64,000 nt of DNA from Candidatus Dormibacteria bacterium (GCA_050010655.1 JBEKKP010000006.1:8716-72715), one strand, 5' to 3'. Shown: positions 9,808-19,191, counted from the first letter of the stretch. Program-made: numbers and translations. The notes: generated by a model not told the origin, from the sequence alone.

Positions 9808-10761
9808 TCAGTCCGCCACGCGACCGTTGCGCCACCAGGCAACCGTGCGGCTGAGCCCTTCCTCGAGCGGTATCTGAGCGTGCCAGTCGAGTTCGCGGAT
9901 CGCCACCGTCACGTCAGGGCAGCGGCGCTTCGGATCGTCCACCGGGAGCGGTTGCAACTCGATGACCGACGCGCTCGAGCAGATCTCGCGCACCAGTTCC
10001 GCGAGTTCCAGCATCGTGACCTCGTGGGGGTTGCCGAGGTTCACGGGCATCGTGTACTCCGAATGGAGGAGACGATTCAACCCCTCGATAAGGTCGTCGA
10101 CGTAGCAGAGGCTGCGTGTCTGCGATCCGTCGCCGTATACCGTGATCGGTTCGCCGGCAAGCGCCTGCGTGACGAACTGCGGCACGGCGCGGCCATCCTC
10201 CTCGCGCATCCGCGGACCGAAGGTATTGAAGATTCGCGCGATGCGCACGTCGACATTGCGCGCGCTCTTGAACGCCATCGTGAATGCCTCGGAGACACGC
10301 TTCGACTCGTCGTACACGCCACGTGGACCGACGGGATTGACGTTGCCCCAGTACGTCTCCGGCTGCGGGTGCACGTCCGGGTCGCCGTAGACCTCGCTCG
10401 TCGATGCGAGCATGAATCGCGCCCCTTTTTCCTCAGCGAGGCGCAGCGCGTTCATCGTGCCGAGCGTGCCCACCTCGAGGGTCTCGATCGGATGGCGCAG
10501 ATAGTCGGGCGGCGACGCAAGAGATGCGAAATGCAGGACGGCATCGACAGGCCCGTCGATGATCCAGACGCCCGACACGTCATCCGTGCGGAGCGTGAAC
10601 CGCGGATCGCCGACGAGGTGGCTGACGTTGCGACGCCTCCCGGTGATGAGATTGTCGACGCTGATGACCTCGGCTCCGTCCGCAAGAAACCTGTCAACCA
10701 GATGTGACCCGAGAAATCCCGCGCCGCCCGTGACGACGACGCGCGAAGGGGTCCAGGTCAT
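9808..10761 (-). CDS. UDP-glucuronate decarboxylase (UDP-xylose synthase)-like SDR
   Basis: The start is trimmed to the ATG at 10761 ([26 protein letters not shown]). It has the YDESKRVSE YxxxK motif and strong resemblance to UXS/ArnA-C type decarboxylases. An ATGA overlap couples it to the upstream ugd stop. Confidence 0.85.
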   Translation of the reverse strand: MTWTPSRVVVTGGAGFLGSHLVDRFLADGAEVISVDNLITGRRRNVSHLVGDPRFTLRTDDVSGVWIIDGPVDAVLHFASLASPPDYLRHPIETLEVGTLGTMNALRLAEEKGARFMLASTSEVYGDPDVHPQPETYWGNVNPVGPRGVYDESKRVSEAFTMAFKSARNVDVRIARIFNTFGPRMREEDGRAVPQFVTQALAGEPITVYGDGSQTRSLCYVDDLIEGLNRLLHSEYTMPVNLGNPHEVTMLELAELVREICSSASVIELQPLPVDDPKRRCPDVTVAIRELDWHAQIPLEEGLSRTVAWWRNGRVAD

Positions 10762-12131
10762 GGGACAGCGACAAGCTCCGCGGCCGGCGTCGCTCCGGAT
10801 CGCGACGCCTTGGTGGATGCGGGCTTGCGAATCGGCCTGCCCACGCCGATGTACGTGAACCCCTGGTCGACAATCGCGTCCACGGGCAGGCAGTTGCGAC
10901 CGTCCACCACAAGGCGGCGGCGCACCAGCGTCGCCACGCGCGCCCAGTCGAGAGCCACGTACTCGGGCCATTCCGTGACGACGAGCACGGCGTCGGCCCC
11001 GGTCACGCACGCGTAGGGGTCGTCCACGAGCTCCGTGTGAGGCAGCATCGGCCGTGCATTCGCCATGGCAACGGGGTCTGTCGCCACCACGAGCGCCCCC
11101 AGATCCTCGAGATGACGGATGACATCAATAGACGCCGCCTGGCGGACATCGTCGGTGCCGGGTTTGAACGCCAGCCCGAGCACCGCGATCCGCCGCTTGG
11201 TGAGCTTGCCGTTCAGCGCTCGCTGGACCTTGGCCACGAAGCGGCTGCGTGCCTGCTGGTTGATCTCGACGGCGGCACGGAGCAGGTGGAAGCTCTGCCC
11301 GTGATAGCTCGCGGCCTGATCGAGTGCGCGCACGTCCTTCGGGAAGCACGAGCCTCCGAACCCCAGCCCAGCACCGAGAAACGCCCGGCCGATGCGTTCG
11401 TCGGTCCCGATGCCGTCGGCGACCGAGCTGACGTCCGCGTCGGTGAACTCGCAGAGCTGGGCCATCTCGTTGATGAACGAGATCTTCAGCGCGAGAAACG
11501 CATTGACGCCGTACTTGATGAGCTCCGCGCTCGTCGAGTCGGTGATCCTGATCGGTGCGTCGAGATGCCCGAAGAGGCGTGCAACGCGCTCGCATGCCTC
11601 GTGATCGTCGCCGCCGATGACCACCTGCGGGGGCTGGCGGAAGTCGCGCACGGCGCTGCCCTCGGCGAGGAACTCAGGGCACACCGCAAGTGGCACCACC
11701 CGGCCGTTGCGCCGGCAGAGCGAGCGCAGCGATGCCGTGGTGCCCGGAGGAACGGTGCTCTTGATGGCGATCACCGTCTCGGGGCCCGCATGCCGCACCG
11801 CCTCGGACAGCGCGGCGCGAACCTGCATGAGGTCGGCGCGCCCATCGCTGAGTGGCGGTGTTCCCACAGCGATCATGATCACCGCCGCCCCTTGCATCGC
11901 CTCGGCGGCCTTGTCGAACAGGACGAGGTGTCCGCTCTTGAGCACCTTGGTGAGGAGCTCGTCGAGCTGCGGCTCGTGGATCGGTGCCTTGCCCTGACGG
12001 AGGGTCTCCAGCCGCCCCGGGTCGATGTCGAGGAGGCGAACGTCCACCCCGGCATCGGCCAGGCAGACAGCGGTCACGAGGCCGACGTACCCCGCACCGA
12101 CCATGCAGAGGGGGTTCGGGCGATCGCTCAT
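10758..12131 (-). CDS. ugd: UDP-glucose 6-dehydrogenase
   Basis: The start is trimmed from the 838-aa track ORF to the ATG at 12131 ([25 protein letters not shown]). It carries the catalytic segment [10 protein letters not shown] and a full-length UDPG/MGDP dehydrogenase layout. Confidence 0.9.
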   Translation of the reverse strand: MSDRPNPLCMVGAGYVGLVTAVCLADAGVDVRLLDIDPGRLETLRQGKAPIHEPQLDELLTKVLKSGHLVLFDKAAEAMQGAAVIMIAVGTPPLSDGRADLMQVRAALSEAVRHAGPETVIAIKSTVPPGTTASLRSLCRRNGRVVPLAVCPEFLAEGSAVRDFRQPPQVVIGGDDHEACERVARLFGHLDAPIRITDSTSAELIKYGVNAFLALKISFINEMAQLCEFTDADVSSVADGIGTDERIGRAFLGAGLGFGGSCFPKDVRALDQAASYHGQSFHLLRAAVEINQQARSRFVAKVQRALNGKLTKRRIAVLGLAFKPGTDDVRQAASIDVIRHLEDLGALVVATDPVAMANARPMLPHTELVDDPYACVTGADAVLVVTEWPEYVALDWARVATLVRRRLVVDGRNCLPVDAIVDQGFTYIGVGRPIRKPASTKASRSGATPAAELVAVP

Positions 12132-12181
12132 CCCAGAAGTCCGTGGTGTCACAGCCGCCAACAATACGGGTCGCGACCCGT

Positions 12182-13243
12182 CTATACCGTCTCCGCCCGG
12201 GCCGGGAGCGCGGGCGCGTTGCCGCCGCCGGTCTCCTTCCCGCGTGCGACCTCGATCATTCCGGCCCAGAATCCCGCCCCCCAGGCGACGTGCATGACGG
12301 CAAAGGCGGCGGGGATACGAGCGCGCACGGCGGGCGGTTCGTCGCGACCGGCCAGCTGACCGGCGATGACGCACGCGGCGCCGTAGGTCGCAGCGCCGGC
12401 CAGGGCAAGACGGCGGCCACGCCCGGACAGCACCATCGCCGCCCCGAGCGGCAAGGCCGCCACGAACCCCGGTGCCACCAGGTGATATGGGCGGACGACG
12501 CCAGGGCTGGCGCGAGCGACGCGCACCTTCGCCCGTCCGTACCGGAAGTACTGGCGTCCGAGCGCCGGTAACCCGCTGCGGACGTAGTACTTCGTTCGGA
12601 TCTCCGGGCTGAACACGATCCGCCCGCCCATTGCGCGGATGCGCTCGTTGAGCTCGTAGTCCTCGTGGGGAGGGTATGCCTCGTCGAAGAGGCCCACGCG
12701 TTCGAACGCGCTGCGGCGGAACGTGCCGAGAAAGACGGTCGGCATCTCCTCTTCGTGGTCCGAATAACGGAAGCGCGCGCCGCCGACGCCAAACGGTGAG
12801 CTCATCGCGCGAGCGATGGCACGCCCCGACGGACCCTCCCCGATCGCGTCCTGGCGGCCGCCGACGTTGTCGGCTCCGGTGGCGAGCAGCAGGGCGACCG
12901 ACGTGCTCAGGTGATCCGGCGCCCATTCCGCGTGGCCGTCCTGCCGGGCGATGACGTCGCCTTTGCTCGCCAGAATCGCCCTGTTCAGCCCGGCTGCCTG
13001 CAACCGGCCCGGGTTGTCGATGAGCCGCACCCGCGGATCTCGCGCAACGGCCGCAGAAACGATGTCGCGGGTGCCATCCGTCGACCCTCCGTCGGCCACG
13101 ATCACCTCGAAGCGGTCGGCGGGGTAGTCCTGGGCGAGCACCGACTCCAGGCAAGCAGCGATATGGCGCTGTTCGTTGAGGACCGGTAGGACAACGCTCA
13201 CGAAGACGGCGTCGGAGGTGGTCTCCGGAACCCTGGTAGGCAT
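12182..13243 (-). CDS. Glycosyltransferase family 2 with C-terminal transmembrane segments (ExoA/GtrB-like layout)
   Basis: Start at the ATG at 13243 (an alternative in-frame GTG lies at 13201). It has VSVVLPVLNEQRHIAACLESVLAQDYP..VIVADGGSTDGT and a hydrophobic C-terminal third (APGFVAALPLGAAMVL, AAFAVMHVAWGAGFWAGMI). Confidence 0.85.
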   Translation of the reverse strand: MPTRVPETTSDAVFVSVVLPVLNEQRHIAACLESVLAQDYPADRFEVIVADGGSTDGTRDIVSAAVARDPRVRLIDNPGRLQAAGLNRAILASKGDVIARQDGHAEWAPDHLSTSVALLLATGADNVGGRQDAIGEGPSGRAIARAMSSPFGVGGARFRYSDHEEEMPTVFLGTFRRSAFERVGLFDEAYPPHEDYELNERIRAMGGRIVFSPEIRTKYYVRSGLPALGRQYFRYGRAKVRVARASPGVVRPYHLVAPGFVAALPLGAAMVLSGRGRRLALAGAATYGAACVIAGQLAGRDEPPAVRARIPAAFAVMHVAWGAGFWAGMIEVARGKETGGGNAPALPARAETV

Positions 13244-13319
13244 GCTGTACCGGCACGGTACGCTTCGTGCGCATCTCGAAGGCACAGCACCTCTCACCCT
13301 ATTGGGGGATACTCCGCCG

Positions 13320-15587
13320 GTGCTGCGCCGGGAAATCGCGCCCGCCACGCTCGTTGTCGCGGTGGCGCTGGAGATCTGGCTCCTCACGGGAGTCTCCCTC
13401 GATGCGATCGCACGCTTCTCCGCGTACGAGATCGGTTTCGTGGCCGTCCCCGGGGTGGCGGTGCTCTGGGCCTTGCGAGGGCGTCCCCGAGGCCTGCTCG
13501 TTTCAGTCGGGTTCGGGATGCCCATCGGCTATGCCCTGGAGATCCTCGCCTTCAGCGCGACCGCGGCTGCCGGCAGGCGCAGCCTCTTCCTCCTCTATCC
13601 CGTTGGCGCCGTTGCGATCAGTGCGCTGGTGATCTGGCTGCGCCGCCGCAGATCTGCGGCAGCGGCGATGCCCGCGGCTACCGACCCGATGTCGAACCGG
13701 GTCGTGTGGATGGCCGCTCTCGCCCTCTCCGCCGGTCTGATCTACATGGCGGTGATGTTCATCCCGCAGGCGCCCTTGCCGTCTGACCGGATGTCGGTTT
13801 CGTACATCCCGGATTTCGTCTACGAGATGAGCAAGACCGCCGAAGTCCTGTACCACTGGCCGCCGACCAATCCCGGCTTGTCGGGAGTTCCACTGCCCTA
13901 CGAGTGGTTCCTCTTCTTCCACATGGCGGCGGTGAGCCAGGTGACACACCTGGGGATTCCGGTCATCGCGCTGCGCCTCGACTTCGTGCCACTCCTGCTC
14001 ATCGTCGGATGTCAATTGCTGATGGTCGGTCGAGCATTTGCAGGCACTGCGGCGGTCGGGGTGATTGCAGTCGTGGTGGTGTTTCTCCTCGGACCCCTCG
14101 ATCTCACGACAGACGCATCGGGGTCCCCGTTCTTCACGGTCTTCAGCACGCAACTCTGGGAAAGCTGGACATTTCCGTTCGGGCTCCTCTTTTTCCTGCC
14201 ACTCCTGGCCCTCATCGCGGAACGACTGCGCGCCGCCACCTGGCGCACCCGACACGATCTCGCCGCCTGGTCGCTGATCGCGCTCCTGATGGTTGGGGCT
14301 TCCGGAGCGAAAGCCACGATTCTGCCGGTGCTCCTCGCCGGCACCTGTCTGTACACCGTGTGCGTCTGCATCAGCCGGCGCCGCCTACCACGACCGCAAT
14401 TCATCGTGGCGTTGGCTCTGGAGGCCGTCATCTTTGTGATCACGTTCCTGATCATCTATCGCGGCGGTGCGCCCTTCACCGTGTTCGGACCGCTCGTGTC
14501 ACTCGGTCAAACGCTTCCCGTCATCGACATCACGCAGAGCGCGATGCCCGCGGCGGTGCGAGCGATTGCGTTGCCGTTGGCGTATGCGGCAGGCCTCGCA
14601 GGAATGTTGCTTCCGCTGGCGGGACTGCTGTACATGCTGCGGCGCCGGCACCGCATCAGACTGCGTCGTTATGCGCTGTGCCTGAGCATGCTTGGGGCCG
14701 GCCTGGTCATCGCCAACCTCTTCCACCAGTTGGGCTACAGCGAGCTGTACTTTCAAGACACGGGCTACGTCGCAGCGTGCATCGTTGCGGCGGACGGTCT
14801 GCGCCTCGCCTGGCTGGATATCGGCCATGCACTGCCGTTATCGAGACGCTTCGTTGCAGTCGCGACGGGATGCTGGATGGCAGCGCTGATCGCACTCGTC
14901 ATCGCAACCACATCGTCGAACCAATCGCAGGTCGCAACCGTTCGTTACGCGGTGCTCATTGCCGGCGGCGTCATTTTCGTGGCGGGCTGCTTCCTGATCA
15001 CCAGGATGCGCAGGCACTCCACCTCGGGCGTGCTCGGATTCGGGCTGATTCCGATCCTTGCCGCCTCCGCGCTGGCCTCACCCATCGAACTCGCACCGAC
15101 CGCGGGGCGCATCGTCAGCGGCATTCCAACCGCGTATGCGGCCACGAGCCAGCCCGGCGTCCGCGGCCTGACACCTGACCTGCTCAAGGCACTGCACTGG
15201 CTCAAAGCGCACACATCGGTCGACGCCGTGATTGCTGTCAGCAACCACTGGCTCGACTCAGCAAATACCAATGGCCGCTTCTACTACTATTCCGCATTCT
15301 CTGAACGCCAAGTGTTCATCGAGGGCTACGACCCGGTGCGCTACGAGATCACCACGAGTGGCAGCACCGCCGAAGGCGCCGACTTCGCGGAACGCCAGTC
15401 GTTGAACAACCAGGTGTTCGATCTCGCCAACCAGGCTGCCCTCAGCATCATGACGCAGCAATACGCAGTCCGCTATCTGCTCATCAACCCTGACGACGGC
15501 GACAGTGACGATGACAACCCAGCTGTCCTGCGACTCGGCACGGTCGTGTTCAGCAACTCGGCAGCGACGATCATTGCGGTCGGATGA
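13320..15587 (+). CDS. Large polytopic membrane protein, GT-C-like architecture (paralogue B)
   Basis: The track ORF starts at 13176, with an ATG at 13242. Third-position GC is weak between 13242 and 13319, and the alignment with paralogue A begins at VLRREIAPAT. I therefore prefer the GTG at 13320. The 3' end is firm. Confidence 0.8.
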   Translation: MLRREIAPATLVVAVALEIWLLTGVSLDAIARFSAYEIGFVAVPGVAVLWALRGRPRGLLVSVGFGMPIGYALEILAFSATAAAGRRSLFLLYPVGAVAISALVIWLRRRRSAAAAMPAATDPMSNRVVWMAALALSAGLIYMAVMFIPQAPLPSDRMSVSYIPDFVYEMSKTAEVLYHWPPTNPGLSGVPLPYEWFLFFHMAAVSQVTHLGIPVIALRLDFVPLLLIVGCQLLMVGRAFAGTAAVGVIAVVVVFLLGPLDLTTDASGSPFFTVFSTQLWESWTFPFGLLFFLPLLALIAERLRAATWRTRHDLAAWSLIALLMVGASGAKATILPVLLAGTCLYTVCVCISRRRLPRPQFIVALALEAVIFVITFLIIYRGGAPFTVFGPLVSLGQTLPVIDITQSAMPAAVRAIALPLAYAAGLAGMLLPLAGLLYMLRRRHRIRLRRYALCLSMLGAGLVIANLFHQLGYSELYFQDTGYVAACIVAADGLRLAWLDIGHALPLSRRFVAVATGCWMAALIALVIATTSSNQSQVATVRYAVLIAGGVIFVAGCFLITRMRRHSTSGVLGFGLIPILAASALASPIELAPTAGRIVSGIPTAYAATSQPGVRGLTPDLLKALHWLKAHTSVDAVIAVSNHWLDSANTNGRFYYYSAFSERQVFIEGYDPVRYEITTSGSTAEGADFAERQSLNNQVFDLANQAALSIMTQQYAVRYLLINPDDGDSDDDNPAVLRLGTVVFSNSAATIIAVG

Positions 15588-15689
15588 CGCCGCACGGACA
15601 CGCCTGGATCGCCTTCGGATGGCTTGCGTATCTGCCTCCCGATCGGGCCCTTCGATGGGCGCAATCGCACGACCAGCGTGTAGGCTTCT

Positions 15690-17069
15690 TTGATGATCGC
15701 CCAGAAAGTTCCGGGCGCCACGGTCGCGGCCGGCCGGCGAGGAATCCTTGCCTCAGAGCGAAAACTGCTCCTCGCGGCGGGCGATACGCTCCTCGTTGCC
15801 GCCTCGCTGATCATCGCCTTCAACCTCCGATCGGGACCGATCCAGCACGCCGCGCTGACCATTCCGTGGCTCGGAGTGGTCCTCGTCACCGCCATCTGGC
15901 TCGCGTCGGCACTCGTCGTCGACGCCTATGACCTCCACGCCGCCGTCAGCGTTCGGGCGATCTTTCGCGTTGTCGCCACGACGGTCACGCTTGAGACGAT
16001 TGCACTGCTCGTCGTCTTCTTCGTGGCGCCCTATGGGGTGACCCGGCCGACCATCCTCATCTGGGTCCCCGTGGCAGCCCTCACCGTCCTGTGCTGGAGG
16101 CTGCTCTACCGCCGGGTGTTCGCCCAGGCGATCTTCGCCGGCCGGATCGTGCTGGTGGCGGATCCGGAGACCATCGACCGGGTCTGGGGAGAGGTCGAGG
16201 AGCAGCTTGCGGGCCTGTACCGGGTGGTCGGCACCATCCACCCGGCCGACGTCGACGCCGGGAGCCGGTTGACATTGGCGGCAGCCGCCCGAGACGCCGA
16301 CCAGATCGTGCTCGGAGCTGAGGAGGATCTGCCCACGGATTTGTTTGCGAGCCTCGTCGACTGCTACGACCGCGGGCTCGTCGTCCGATCCATCGCCGAC
16401 ATTTACGAGGAGCTGACTGGTCGCCTGCTCGTCGAACGTCTCCGCCAGACATGGCTGCTCTCGTTGCAGCAACGTGGCGAGACGTCGCGTATCTACTCGG
16501 TCTTCAGGCGCATCGTCGACATCGTCGCGGGATCGGCCGGGTTGCTCTTCCTGGGCATCCTGCTGCCATTTGTGTGGATCGCCGTCAAGCTCGAGGATCG
16601 CGGGCCTGTCTTTCACAGTCAGGAGCGCGTCGGACACTTCGGGAAACCGTTCGAGATTCTGAAGCTGCGCACGATGCGCGAGCGATCGGACGAGGAGTTG
16701 CGCTGGACCACGGAGAACGACGCGCGGATCACGAAAGTCGGTGCGGTGCTCCGGCGACTTCATATCGATGAGCTGCCTCAAGCGTGGAACATCCTTCGCG
16801 GCGACATGAGCGTCGTCGGTCCGCGTCCCGAGCAACCGCAGTATGTCGAGGCGCTGCGCGAGAGCATCCCGTACTACAACACGCGGCTGTCCGTACGTCC
16901 CGGCCTCACCGGGTGGGCCCAGGTCAACTACGGGTATGGCGGTGACGTCGGCGGCGCCGCCATCAAGCTCTCGTACGACCTGTACTACATCAAGCGACAG
17001 TCGGTCGCGCTCGACCTGCTCATCATGGCGCGCACGGTTTTCGCGGTGGCGACGCTCAAAGGCCGCTGA
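15690..17069 (+). CDS. Polyprenyl-phosphate hexose-1-phosphate transferase (WbaP/bacterial sugar transferase family), priming enzyme
   Basis: 459 aa with N-terminal TM segments. The C-terminal domain reads KLRTM..DELPQAWNILRGDMSVVGPRPEQPQYV..RPGLTGWAQV. The start is TTG at 15690 or ATG at 15693. Confidence 0.9.
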   Translation: MMIAQKVPGATVAAGRRGILASERKLLLAAGDTLLVAASLIIAFNLRSGPIQHAALTIPWLGVVLVTAIWLASALVVDAYDLHAAVSVRAIFRVVATTVTLETIALLVVFFVAPYGVTRPTILIWVPVAALTVLCWRLLYRRVFAQAIFAGRIVLVADPETIDRVWGEVEEQLAGLYRVVGTIHPADVDAGSRLTLAAAARDADQIVLGAEEDLPTDLFASLVDCYDRGLVVRSIADIYEELTGRLLVERLRQTWLLSLQQRGETSRIYSVFRRIVDIVAGSAGLLFLGILLPFVWIAVKLEDRGPVFHSQERVGHFGKPFEILKLRTMRERSDEELRWTTENDARITKVGAVLRRLHIDELPQAWNILRGDMSVVGPRPEQPQYVEALRESIPYYNTRLSVRPGLTGWAQVNYGYGGDVGGAAIKLSYDLYYIKRQSVALDLLIMARTVFAVATLKGR

Positions 17070-17081
17070 GCTCGATCAAGC

Positions 17082-18677
17082 TTGCCATTCCAGGAATTCG
17101 TACAAACCCTTCCCGGGGTGGTGGCCGTTGCGTTCATCCCCGGCTTTGCGCTCGCGACAATTCTTGCACCGACGTGGCGTGCCTGGCAGCGACTGCTCAT
17201 GGCGCCCGGGCTGTCGGCAGGAGTCATCGGTGTCTATGGCCTCGTGCTGCACGACATCCATATCGCGTTCGAGCCGATCACCGTACTCCCGGTACTTGTC
17301 GTTCTCGCACTGGCAGCAGTCATGCGCTGGCGGCTCGCCGAGCCGCAGTCAGCGGAAACGCACCCGTGGTGGGTGCCCATACCGGCCATTCTGGCCGGCC
17401 TCGTCAGCGCCGGGGTCTTCGCCTGGGCACTGCACGGCCAGGTCCTCCCACCGGACTGGGACACCGCAACGCATGGATCGCTCGTCGCTGCGATCGTGCG
17501 AACGCACGATGTGCTGCCTCAGTTTCCCATTCCGCTCGAAGGCTCTGATTTCGTTCGAGCACGATCCGGATTCGAAGCCACTGCAGCGTTGGTTTCGTGG
17601 CTTGGCGCACCGTCCCCGGTGGGATCGATGGCACCGATCATCACCGCGACACTCATCGTGCTGCCGCTGTCGCTGACACTGCTGACACTCGAAGCAACCG
17701 GATCGATAGCGCTCGCGGTGACGGTACCGTTCTTCGCGGTCGGACTCATCTTTCCGTCCGGTCAGGCAATCATCGGACGGTTTCCAGAGGTCGTCGACGC
17801 AACCCTGATCGTTCCCTTCATCGTTGCGTCGCTGCGTCTCATACGCGGACAGGCGACACGTGAGAACGCTCTCTTGTTACTTGCCGTCACGACGGCGATC
17901 TGGGTGATCCACGGACTCGAGGTGTTCACCGCCGTCGTCGTTGCGTGCGGGTTGCTGACGATGGCAGTGGTCACCGCAGTCCGTCAGACACCTCGGGACA
18001 CGCTCATCCGATTGGTCATCGCCGCGGTCGCGGTTCTCGGCGGTGCGGTGCTCGTCACTGTGCTCACGCGCATACCCGCGGTACCGCCGCTGACCCACAC
18101 CGAGCCGTTGGCTTACGCCCTCTCGGCGCAGCACATGTCGCTCAAACCGCACCACATCCTGGTGCTCATTGCCCAGACGGATCTGATCGGCCCGTTGGCC
18201 CTGATCCTCTATGGCATCGGTGCCATCGCGATGCTCATCCGCCGCAGGATGCTGTGGGTGCTCGTCGCGCAAGTCCTCCTCTTTCTGCTGATGGCCGACG
18301 ATCTGTATCTCCACTATCTCAACCACCTCTGGAATGTCATCTATCCGTGGGGTGATACGGACCGGATCCTCGGCGTGCAGTACTTCCTGATCCCGCTGGT
18401 GCTGGCGTTCGGCCTCTTTTCGCTCTGGGACCTCATGCGCTGGTTGTCGCGGACTCGACGCATGTGGATCGGTGTGTCCGTCGCCGCGATTGTTGTGGTC
18501 CTGAGAGTGGACGAAGGTCTGGGAACCGAACTCCGTGGTGTTGTACCCACTCGGTGTGTTCAACCAGTTGACCGACTTCCGGGAGTGGATCATCCCGGGC
18601 GCGATCGCGGCGGTCGCGGGCGTCGTTGCCTGGGTGGCGGCCATACGCGAGGTGAGTATTCCTTCGTCTGTTCGTGA
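17082..18677 (+). CDS. Polytopic membrane protein, 5' fragment of frameshifted GT-C-like paralogue C
   Basis: TTG start 12 nt after the priming-transferase stop, with many TM segments. Coding-like third-position GC is lost in this frame from about 18505 onward, although the frame stays open to 18677. Confidence 0.6.
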   Translation: MPFQEFVQTLPGVVAVAFIPGFALATILAPTWRAWQRLLMAPGLSAGVIGVYGLVLHDIHIAFEPITVLPVLVVLALAAVMRWRLAEPQSAETHPWWVPIPAILAGLVSAGVFAWALHGQVLPPDWDTATHGSLVAAIVRTHDVLPQFPIPLEGSDFVRARSGFEATAALVSWLGAPSPVGSMAPIITATLIVLPLSLTLLTLEATGSIALAVTVPFFAVGLIFPSGQAIIGRFPEVVDATLIVPFIVASLRLIRGQATRENALLLLAVTTAIWVIHGLEVFTAVVVACGLLTMAVVTAVRQTPRDTLIRLVIAAVAVLGGAVLVTVLTRIPAVPPLTHTEPLAYALSAQHMSLKPHHILVLIAQTDLIGPLALILYGIGAIAMLIRRRMLWVLVAQVLLFLLMADDLYLHYLNHLWNVIYPWGDTDRILGVQYFLIPLVLAFGLFSLWDLMRWLSRTRRMWIGVSVAAIVVVLRVDEGLGTELRGVVPTRCVQPVDRLPGVDHPGRDRGGRGRRCLGGGHTRGEYSFVCS

Positions 18678-19191
18678 ACGCTTCGGTGGCGTGGCGCAGC
18701 GTCTTGACGCGGCCGGCGTGGCGCTGGGCGCCCTCGCGGTGCTCGCGCTGGTGGTCGGAGCTGGAGCCGACGCCAACACCTACACGAACGAGATTGCGAC
18801 GCGATCGCTGGTGTCGCCGGCGGATGTCACCGTGTTGTCAGCGATGTCGAAGTCGCTGCCGAAGGGATCGCTCGTGCTGACCAATGGTGGCAACGACGCG
18901 GGGATGTGGATGGCCGGCCTCACCGATCTCAACCCGCTCGTCCCCGATGGGTACTCCGACCTCGCGCTCGACGATCCCTATGAGCTCGCCCTCCAGTACG
19001 CGTGCAGCGACCCTGCAACAGCGGAGGCGGCGGTCACACGCGCTGACGCCGTTTTTATCGGCGCACTGTCGATCGCATCGCCGCTGTACCGGTGGAATGT
19101 CAGCTGTCTGGAACGCCTCCCCAACCTTCGCCTGATCGCGTCGGCGCCGTACGACGGGACAATTGCTGCCGGCTTCGTGGTCGTCAAGTAG
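18535..19191 (+). CDS. 3' fragment of paralogue C (TM segments plus hydrophilic C-terminal domain)
   Basis: This frame has strong third-position GC from immediately after the TGA at 18502..18504. The C-terminal domain layout parallels paralogues A and B (VSPADVTVLSAMSKSLPKGSLVLTNGGND ... LRLIASAPYDGTIAAGFVVVK). Confidence 0.6.
   Translation: MVLYPLGVFNQLTDFREWIIPGAIAAVAGVVAWVAAIREVSIPSSVRERFGGVAQRLDAAGVALGALAVLALVVGAGADANTYTNEIATRSLVSPADVTVLSAMSKSLPKGSLVLTNGGNDAGMWMAGLTDLNPLVPDGYSDLALDDPYELALQYACSDPATAEAAVTRADAVFIGALSIASPLYRWNVSCLERLPNLRLIASAPYDGTIAAGFVVVK

Noticed and set aside
12132-13274. N-terminal 381 aa of the 838-aa ORF 10758..13274 (Arg/Pro/Gly-rich)
   Set aside because: This part overlaps the GT2 gene in another frame on the same strand and has no protein-like features. 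UDP-glucose dehydrogenase starts cleanly at the ATG at 12131, with its Rossmann motif a few residues in.
13176-13319. Upstream extension of paralogue B (track start 13176; the ATG at 13242 forms a CATG with the divergent GT2 start at 13243)
   Set aside because: Third-position GC between 13242 and 13319 is only modest, and the alignment with paralogue A begins at the GTG at 13320. Overlapping divergent start codons would also leave no room for promoters.
18498-18507. Programmed +1 ribosomal frameshift at CTG-AGA-G (Ty1-like 'slippery codon plus rare Arg codon')
   Set aside because: A Leu-tRNA decoding CUG cannot re-pair in the +1 frame (UGA). No stimulatory SD or downstream structure is evident. 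An indel or pseudogene is the simpler explanation, so I kept this only as a remark inside the frameshift finding.
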